A stretch of DNA of 64,000 nucleotides, taken from contig JALDTO010000207.1 in assembly GCA_023515725.1 (NCBI GenBank), positions 147,573 through 211,572 on the forward strand. Reading direction: 5' to 3'. This stretch comes from Amoeboaphelidium protococcarum X5. Its lineage: Eukaryota; Fungi; Aphelidiomycota. The notes under the pieces were generated by a model, which was not told where the DNA came from, ran no database searches, and was given only the letters and a program-made list of their open reading frames with translations. The translations under genes and the position numbers were made by a program. How positions within the stretch are numbered: position 1 is the stretch's first letter; each line of letters opens with the position of its first letter. This document shows, one piece after another, positions 55,492 to 64,000 of this stretch.

Positions 55492-57645
55492 ATGCCTAGT
55501 ACAACGTCTCTGTTGTTTAAAGGAGTAAAATTTGCTATTGGATCGGATGTTCCTGAAATTGACTTTAACGTTCTAGTTGCTTATATCGAACATTATGGAG
55601 GTGAAGTTGCTGATTATACTTGCCAAGATCCAGTTACACTTATTATCACTTGTAATTACGATTTTAAATCGGTTAATGCGTCCCTTAATTACATACTCCC
55701 CCATTATATTGATGATTGTGTGAAATATGGTGTCACGCTGCCTATGGATGAGTACTTGCTGCCGGATGCTAAATTGCTCAGTCACTCTGATAATCCTGTG
55801 ACTACAGATTCACTTTAGAAAATGATTCCTGAGGTTATGGTACCAATGTTAAATTCTTCATCTGATAACTTGGAATTGGGTAACTATTTAGCTGGTAAGT
55901 CTGTGTACTTTCACGTTCCTTCACCCAAGAGTCCGGAATACGATACCGCGATTTCGTCATTGTCAGATGTTCTTCTACTCAATAATGTAAATGTGGTTTC
56001 TAATACTCAAGCAGATATTGATATAGTTGTATCTCTCGTAGAAGACTCTTTTACTGATCTATAAAAGTCTCGTGGATCTATTGTCCTATCTCCTTTTCTG
56101 TTAGTATCGCAGATACAGTAAGCAAGTTCGAAGTCTTATAATTCTCGGTGGACACTTTCACCTCTATTGAGAGAGCCTCGTAAAATTGTTAAATCTTTAA
56201 AGAATCATGTAATCTGTATTACGAATTATGTGGGATGTGCTAGAGATTTGATTAAACTAATGATAAGTCTGACTGGTGGTTCGTATTCCAGTGTGATGGA
56301 CAGGTCCGTAACAGTTCTTGTATCATCCTGCTAGTTTGGTAAAAAGTATGATGCAGCTCAATCATGGGGCATTAACGCTGTAAATCATTTGTGGTTGGAA
56401 GACTGTTTGCTCTTAGGGCGTTTACAACCTTTTACCAGGCAGCGGTATGCGGTGGGATGTAATCCTATATCCTTGAATCTCCTTGTTGGCAGAGAGTATT
56501 GTTATTCAGCTTCTACTATTGAATCCACTCCAGTTCCGTAAGTTGATACAGCTCCAACAGCGGATGCAGTGAAGTAATAAAAAATAGTAGAATGCAAGGT
56601 TGGACCATCAGCAATTATAAATCAAGAAGTGCCAATCCAAGTGAATACAACCAAGGCCAAGGTAGATTCTGCTTAGTAATAGAATGTTATCCAGCGAAAA
56701 TTGAATGATGATATTGATTATGATGATAACAAGCGTGATAAAAGTCGAAAGAGAAGAGCCAGAACTGATTCAGTTAGTACCGTTAGTATTCTTGAAATTA
56801 AAGATGTTGTGGCTGGTGGTAATTAAAAGCAAGATTATGATCTAGATGAAATTAGGCGTCGACAGTCACTGAGCTCAACTGTGAAGAAGGCAAGAATCTC
56901 AGGCTCAACCCAGATACCCTCTGCTCACAAATCTGTGGATGATTTTGAGTCTGATAATCTTGCTATTAGGGACGAAAATGCTAGCAGTGCTCTTTAAAAT
57001 GCTAATGTTATCAAGAACTAAGAACAAAAGGTTTTCATGTCGAATTTAAAGCCAATCAAAGTTGCATTCACTGGAATCAAAAGACCGGCTGAATTGATAC
57101 CTAAAATGACAGAATTGAATCTTTTAGAAACTTCAAATGTGTGTGAAGCGTCTCATCTAATCACCAATAGAATTGCAAGAACGGAGAAGTTTATGTGTGC
57201 CGTTGCCTGTTGTAGTTATATAGTAACTCTCAATTGGCTTGAAGATTCTATCAAAAAGAAGTAGATTCAAGACGAGAATTTCTATGCACTCAAAGACGTG
57301 GAGAGTGAGAAAGCTCTAAACTTCAGCCTTACCCATGCACTAAATCAGGCCAAGTAGAAGAAGGTATTCACTGGTCTTACATTCTATCCAACACCTAAAG
57401 TCGTGCCTCCTTTCAAGACTCTCAAAACTATAATTGAGAATCACGGCGGAACTCTCATTGATCCTCATTAAGTGGCTATTGAATCCTTGGATATAAATTC
57501 AACTGTAATCTCCTGTCAAGAGGATGAAAAACTGTGGACTCAGTTGCGACAACGTGGCTTCACTGTGTACTACTCTGAACTGGTTCTATGCGCAGCGATA
57601 ACTTAAAATCTGGACAACAAGACATACAAAATTACTTCCAAATGA
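55492..57645 (+). CDS. Multi-BRCT DNA damage scaffold, Rtt107/Brc1/PTIP-like, 717 aa
   Basis: Several BRCT repeats: ICITNYVG.AR, GKKYDAA..W, VNHLWLEDC and RTEKFMCA..W. Confidence 0.85.
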
Positions 57646-57838
57646 TCAATTAAGATATAAATTGCATAACTTACAAAATTTCATATTTAAGGCTTTTAAT
57701 ATTGTCCCATTTTCAAGCATTGTTTGGCATACAACATTCAGCAAGTCCGACCAAAATGAAAATTTGAAAATTTGGCTATACGACTCTCTTCGACTCATCA
57801 GACTGAAATCAAAGAAACTACGAGATTAAGTTAGAAGA

Positions 57839-59761
57839 ATGCCAGTAGAAATTGGGGACGTGTTATTAGATATCAAGTGCAGCGAAAGTGAAGATATATA
57901 CGTGAATCATTATAATGAAGATTATCCACTGCTTAAAGTGAGCCAAGCCTAGACAAACGCTGGTGTATAGTAGAAGCAACAAGTATACAAGGTAGATCTG
58001 ATTGACATGAATGGAAAAGATGTCAAAACTTGGGTGTTGGCTGATAATGGACGCGTCATTTGCATTAAATCTGCCACAGTAAAGGATAAAGCTGTATTTT
58101 ATGCTTTAATGAAGGATGGCTAGAAGGATGATGGTTGTGCATATCGCGTTAAATTTTGGTATCTATCTGATGATATCGAACAAGCCTTGACTAAAGATTA
58201 TAGCGCGGGGATTGCTGATATGTTTCCTATTTCATTGAATGGAGACTAGATTAGAGTGTTGGTAGTTTTAGTCACTGGTCGCATCATCTTAGCTGATGAA
58301 ACTCTTAGTGTAATATCAGAAGTGGATTGCGGTGTCGATTGCCATGTCACTAAATGCTTTTATGAACAACAAAAGTTGTGTGTTGTCGTCAACGGCGCGT
58401 CATTGTGCTTTGTTAAAGTTTCGCTGAATTCATTACACTGTGGAGAGGATCGAAAGTCATTGCCATCCAATACGGATTTCGTTGGCTTTTAGGATTCACT
58501 GCTATTGGTTCAAGATCTAAATACGCGTAAATTGGGAGTGATAAGTTTTGCAGCGAGTTCAATAGACACTTAATTTATTGATATCGCCTAATTATCTGTA
58601 GAGTGTGTTTGTTCTATCGGTGAGTAACATCTTGCTCTATCCGTAAAGCGAGATGATAATAGTGAAAAGAAGGATATTATATTCTATGATGTGGAATATG
58701 GTTTAGCTGTGAGTTAGAAGTCTTTGTCATTAGGCGGCGCAATCAAAGATCTAAAAGTTATCTGCGCTCCTGATTAAAAGTATCTGGGTCTCAGAACTAC
58801 AAGCTAAGTCGCGATTATTCCATTTGATGTAGAGTAGAATCATATTGCTGATCTTCTATCATTGCCGCCTAATACTCAGAAATAAATCATGGACAATGAG
58901 ATCAAATCTGTGACGATTAATAATCTTAGGTAGAGATATTTGCAGTAGAAGGATTTGCCATCTCCTGATGAGTTATAAGCGATTGTTGTTGCGATGGTTC
59001 AGAATTAATTATACTGCCCAAAATTGATGAGAGATATGATCTGCGGAGGTGTCAGTTTGACTGAGGAAACTATGTAGTTGATTCTAGATCAGTAAGACAT
59101 AGAAACTTTACTATTCGCGTGTCAAAACTCTACGAATCTAACTGAAAAATGTCTCATTTATGCACTTGGATGGTTTTTGGATCAAGTAACTTTGAGAGAT
59201 TTGAAGAAAGTCGACGCGCTGGTTGATCTACAAAAGCGTATCGCCACAGAAGTTGGACTGCAATTGTAATTGCTGGAATTGAGCTTGTAGTATCTCATGT
59301 CTATGCCAGTAACAGTGCCTTTTCTGGTTAAAGCTTTATCTGCGCTTAGTGTCGACCATGTCATGATTCTACTTCATACTGCGTCTGTGTAGATGCGTAG
59401 GCTAGACACTGAGTATGTGTTAAGTAGTTAGCTTCGTGACTTCCATCTATTAACCTTTGATCAATGCTTACAATGGACTCAATGTCTTATTGATGCGCAT
59501 TTATCATCTATTATTTCTAACGACTATCTAAGCTCTTGGCTGAAGGAGTTCCGATGGTATCTTAAAAGCAGAGTATCGGTGACGCGTGAAGCAAGTCAAA
59601 TATCTGGACTCTTAACATCAGCGTATAGAATTTAGTAAAAGTTGGAATGGTAATTATCATAGCAGAAGAAGAATCGCAAATCTAGCAAGTAGGCAAAATC
59701 AACTTTATAGCATCTTACTGCTCCTTATGGCGTTGAGATTATAGACTGGAGTCATCACTGA
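57839..59761 (+). CDS. NOL11/Utp8-like nucleolar protein, 640 aa
   Basis: Beta-rich N-terminus, QWTQCLIDAH motif, C-terminal PYGVEIIDW. Confidence 0.65.
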
Positions 59762-59883
59762 ATATATTTGAACATCTTCCGTGTTGATCGGCTGGATAAA
59801 ATGACGTAGTTTTCGCTAATCATCTTTTCCACTTCATTCTTATTACTGAAGATCTGTTATAACTTTTACAAGCGATTCATACC

Positions 59884-60225
59884 ATGATACGAAGAATAAA
59901 TTCAATTTTATTAGTCAGGCCTATGAGATTAAAGGTTGATTTCAATAAAGCGGTAGGACCATCCCCACTGCCACTGAATCCTCAGGAAGAGATGGAAAGG
60001 CAGCGGCTATTAAAGGAGCAAGAAAGGCAAGATGCTGAGAATTTGATTAAATTGAATCAGGGTGGTGATGATTAGGATGTTAGACATTAAGATGCTGAGC
60101 GCGAACCATTACCAGCATTTAAGGATAATATCAACCCAGTTACAGGCGAAGTAAATGGACCTAAAGGTGTGGAGCCAACACGATTTGGCGATTGGGAAAG
60201 GAAGGGTCGCGTCACTGATTTTTGA
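59884..60225 (+). CDS. SDHAF4: Succinate dehydrogenase assembly factor 4
   Basis: NPVTGEVNGPKGVEPTRFGDWERKGRVTDF-TGA. Confidence 0.95.
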
Positions 60226-60309
60226 TGACCGTTGTTACAAATAAAATAGTAATCGATACTTATTAAATTAAATTGATGTAATTTTATAGATGTTCATTAT
60301 ATGAATTCA

Positions 60310-60908
60310 TCATTATCGAGTAAGATACCCAAGTAGACACTTTTCCAACAAATGATCAGCGTTCACCCAAGCATGATATTTCACTACATTTACACTGGGG
60401 CCACGTAATTATCATGAATTAGTAAGCAACACTTATAAATAAAAGTTTACGAAACTTCTAAGTTGCATCTTTACCAGCAACACTCATCAACATTTATACT
60501 CCGCCTGGATGGTACCTTAAGTATGGTGTGATATTATAGACTTTGCCATGAAGTACAAGCCATGCGTCGTCCTATGTCTTGTGTTGCGCAACCTGATCCA
60601 TTGTAAATTTTTGTGGCACATTCGACTTCTACATTACATTACATCACAATCACAATACATATCATAGAAATATCTAATCAAGATTAAGCTAATCAATTTA
60701 TCATTACTCTATCTCGGGAATATACTGCCCAGTCAAGGGGACTAAATCCCGGCTCAAGCTCAACCTTCTTTCGCGATGAGACCACTGGCCGCACTGGACT
60801 AAGATAATCTTTTTCTTAATTGGATGAACTAGAGGCACGCTGAATAGAGCCCATCATTGGAAATAGTGGCGGTTTGGACTTTGAATTCTAGTCATCCTCA
60901 TCAGACAT
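60310..60908 (-). CDS. Cytochrome b5-like heme-binding protein (Irc21/CYB5R4 N-terminal type); introns 60629-60707 and 60384-60450
   Basis: RKKVELEPGFSPLDW, VYNITPYLRYHPGG, GKDAT and YHAWVN motifs. Confidence 0.9.
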
Positions 60909-61085
60909 TATTACTATTATTAGTACGGATCTACAGTAGTTGAATACCGAAGTAGTTTACGTAAGTACTGCAAGTCAAAGAAGCGCGAAAATTTGGTGAA
61001 ACGTAAAATCAATCGGAATTCGACATGTAAATCATTAAATGAAATACTGGATTTATTAGACTCTAATGGAAAGTATATTCCCTCT

Positions 61086-61553
61086 TCATATCTTGAGAGC
61101 TCCTTTTCTGCTGTCTATAAAAAGCAATTTGACTGAGCACATTAACGCGAACACTACCAAGCCGACAGGAGACAGACCCCAGAGCAGAGCGACTAGAATC
61201 ATCAAAATGTGCGGCAACTTTACATAATCATTTATGCGGAAACACATCAGCAGAGAAATCGCGTCCCCCATCCAAAAGTGCAGCCAGCTCATCAAGACAA
61301 ATTCTTTCAATTGTAAACATTTGGCAAAACCATCCAGACTCAGCACGTCAATATCGGTTGGCACCTTCTATCCATCGAAAGATTTCCCGGTGATTACAAT
61401 GTAAGATATGATCACGGTGTACGCGACAGCTGGAAGCAGTGCTGCCAAAGCAATAGCGACATTAACGTAGCGACTCTTTGGCGCAATAGCCAGGTAAATG
61501 AATGCAATCAAGCAAATAAAAGTGCTCTTATATACGATATCTAAAGCCTGCAT
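61086..61553 (-). CDS. Hypothetical multi-pass membrane protein, 155 aa
   Basis: Two track ORFs joined by TAG=Gln; about four hydrophobic segments. Confidence 0.6.
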
Positions 61554-61733
61554 TGTATTGAAAGTGTGTCGTTCGAATCAATCAGGAGTTGAAAACGGTT
61601 TCACACTCTCCTGGATTCTTCTATACCTGGCTGTAAAGAGTGGTGAGTTACTACTGTTTAGGAGGGAAATCTTTACTAATAACACGTAAGCAACATATTT
61701 AATTAAATATTTAATATGTGAATAATATCAATA

Positions 61734-62243
61734 TCATTGTTCAATGGCTCCCTTCAATTGTTCATAGTACTGACTCATTGCATCAGCATCAAACTTTAGA
61801 GTATTCCAATCCTTAATCACTAATCCAGAGCTAGTAAGAGGCTTTGGAATCATGTGAAAGTGAACCTACAATTTAGAAATTATGAGCATATAAATTCAAT
61901 CAGAATTAAATAAATACAGTCTTACGTGTGGAACTTCCTAATGAGCAATACCACCATTGTTCTACAGTATATTGTATCCAATTTCCTCACCATCTTTCTA
62001 GAGTTCCTACTGCTTGGCCAACTTGACATAGCCACGCGCAACTTGTCTCATCACAATCGATAAATCCTTAAGACCATCATCGTTTTGCAAGTCGTGTAAA
62101 TATCTGCCATGCTCTTTGGGAATGATGACTGTATGATGAGCAGAAAGTGGTCCAATATCCTGGAACGCCAGAGTATACTGAGTTTCCACCAGTATTTTTG
62201 CCGGAATTTCCTTGGCAATAATTCTACAAAAAATGCAGCTCAT
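61734..62243 (-). CDS. HNT1: HIT-family hydrolase Hnt1/HINT; intron 61866-61925
   Basis: CIFCRII..EIP, AFQDIGP and NNG.IAHQEVPH|VHFHMIPK motifs. Confidence 0.93.
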
Positions 62244-62611
62244 ACCTTACTAAGAGTTCTGTAATGATATTGTTATTGTTTTGACTAAATAAAGGGGAAA
62301 AGGTAAGTAGCAAGAGATTTTAAGAGCAGGAAAATGACTGAGAACTGTTCAGATAGATTAGCTATTCGCGTCTGTCATCGCATCAAATCTATTATAACAT
62401 TCAGAGTAAAATTTAAAGTCTCTGTAACTGAAATAATTTCATATTTTCAACAAAGAGTATAGAGATTAACGCGATATATTTATTAAAAGCCGTTCTGTAG
62501 CAATCAAATGTTTCATTTCGTACAGAATATTTGTTGGTCGATCGCTGACTGATTGAAGAATCCTCCATTTTGCATTCTGCTTTTCAGATATCTTATTTAA
62601 AACGACAGAAA

Positions 62612-63319
62612 ATGAACTAAGAGAAAGGTAAATAACAGGCATAATAGTAGAAGCGATAATAAGGCGATGTGAATAATTAATCGCATGGTTAGTCCTGGTT
62701 CAAGCAATAACATCATGCTGATATCAATTTGGGAAGTTCTTTCACTTAGTTCCTGAATGCTGCTCATAATCTCCCAGATTTTGTGCATGGTAATAGTACA
62801 CTTGGTACATCTTTTAATATGAATGAACACGACGCTGCTGGTTCTAATATGGTGGCACTGAATGATCCGCTGAATAATAGCACAAACATAGTGATGGATG
62901 ATCCTTTGAATCAGAGCGGGAGTGGTGGTGCATTTGGTATATCTCAACTGTTGCAATAGCATCATAACAATCATGGCCAGTCGAGTTCTCATCGTTCATC
63001 GCTATAGAATTAGCAAGACCAAATGGCTGGTAATAATACCAGCATTCTACCTGGGCTCCATCTTAACTTTAATAACACCTCATAAATGCTTACACCGCTC
63101 AGCGCCGGACTCTACTCTCAAGATCAACTTAATCTGGGACATTTGAATAATGGCGGCGGCATCCCCCAAAATATACCACTGTAATAGTAGCAGTAACAAT
63201 AATAACAGCCATAGTTTAGAATTAAGTCCAATGGACCTATAACATCGCGATTCAACTTGAACCTGTAAAATAGTAATTCTCCAACATCAATGATGATTAA
63301 TTAGAGTTAGGTAATATGA
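62612..63319 (+). CDS. Hypothetical Asn/Gln-rich low-complexity protein, 235 aa
   Basis: Uninterrupted table-6 ORF with a polyQ run TAA TAG TAG CAG TAA CAA TAA TAA CAG. Confidence 0.65.
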
Positions 63320-63401
63320 AAGAATGTAGCAATTTATTCCAAATCTATTCTACTTTACATTTCAATTATTCTTTATACTTTATCATTCATCCACACATAA
63401 A

Positions 63402-64000
63402 TCATAGCGACGTTCCCACATCTGGAGTCTTGGTGTTTTAGGCCACGAATTGATGCAGTTATTCACGTCTTCTATGCAGCTATTCCAATACCCATTTCAT
63501 GCCCTCCCGACTCTTTTCAATATTCACTCCAAACCTTTTTAGGCCAAACTGTTCAATCTTGTTCGTGATTCCCCATCCGAATGAACTAACAATCCTCGCC
63601 TAAGCATTCACCAATGTCCAGCTACTATTATCTTCATGAGGCTTGTACTCCAGCGTCTCTTCAATGGCCATTATACCGCGATGGGACAAGTTTTTAGTCT
63701 TTGTGATCATCACTCGCTCCACTGGATCCACAACGGATTCTTCTATAATATATGCATAATTATTCTTCATAATCTTGAATCCCCATTTCGGAACATTGCC
63801 AGTCTTTAAAAATATCCGTGTCGAGTGTAGCCGGCCATCAGGTGTGAGTTTCCTCTCAATCGTGTCTGATGATATGACATGTGACGCAAATGGATTCGGA
63901 TATTTGAGCCACTATGCCATGCTCACATCACTCCAAGGGTGTCTACAATACAAAGCGATTATATATGTATAAATAAGATTGTATTTCTTTCTAGACTTAC
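63402..64000 (-). CDS. UPS1: PRELI/Ups1 mitochondrial lipid transfer protein (5' partial; intron 63943-64000)
   Basis: HPWSDVSMAQWLKYPNPFASHV, IIEESVVDP and KSREGMKWVL motifs. Confidence 0.9.

Noticed and set aside
57757-57773. TGAAAATTT x2 upstream of the NOL11-like gene, resembling RRPE
   Set aside because: Similar AAAATTT words occur in many unrelated spacers of this AT-rich DNA.
62431-62451. AATAATTTCA partly complementary to the histone downstream element (U7-like RNA?)
   Set aside because: Short AT-rich match with no Sm-like site or 3' hairpin.

Overview
Gene-dense eukaryotic nuclear DNA with about 45 protein genes and short 50-79 nt GT-AG introns. It uses a non-standard code: TAA and TAG encode Gln, and TGA is the only stop. 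Invariant glutamines are written TAA/TAG (alpha-tubulin GLQGF, histone H2A C-terminal SQEM), and every gene I could trace ends in TGA. The supplied ORF track is therefore fragmented, and I re-read all CDS coordinates by hand with translation table 6. Fungus-like proteins plus this code point to an aphelid such as Amoeboaphelidium protococcarum (inference). Housekeeping genes: H2A x2, H2B, alpha-tubulin, RPS21, enolase, APN1, mitochondrial AsnRS, SEC6, IFRD, kinesin-2, SUA5, HST3/4 sirtuin, GLO3, DRE2, SCC3, BRO1, EFM5, CCDC174, Pol X, TMEM234, a multi-BRCT protein, NOL11/UTP8-like, SDHAF4, a cytochrome b5-like protein, HNT1 and UPS1. Candidate parasitism genes: three secreted S1 proteases, a GH5 hydrolase, a Crinkler-type REase-kinase and orphan secreted proteins. 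The most notable non-coding signals are: an identical metazoan-style 6-4-6 histone 3' stem-loop plus a conserved downstream element after all three histone genes; a quasi-palindromic H2A-H2B promoter; a candidate C/D snoRNA; a TAG-encoded Gln at the gamma-H2A SQ site; and in-frame TGA stops in three of four 3n introns.
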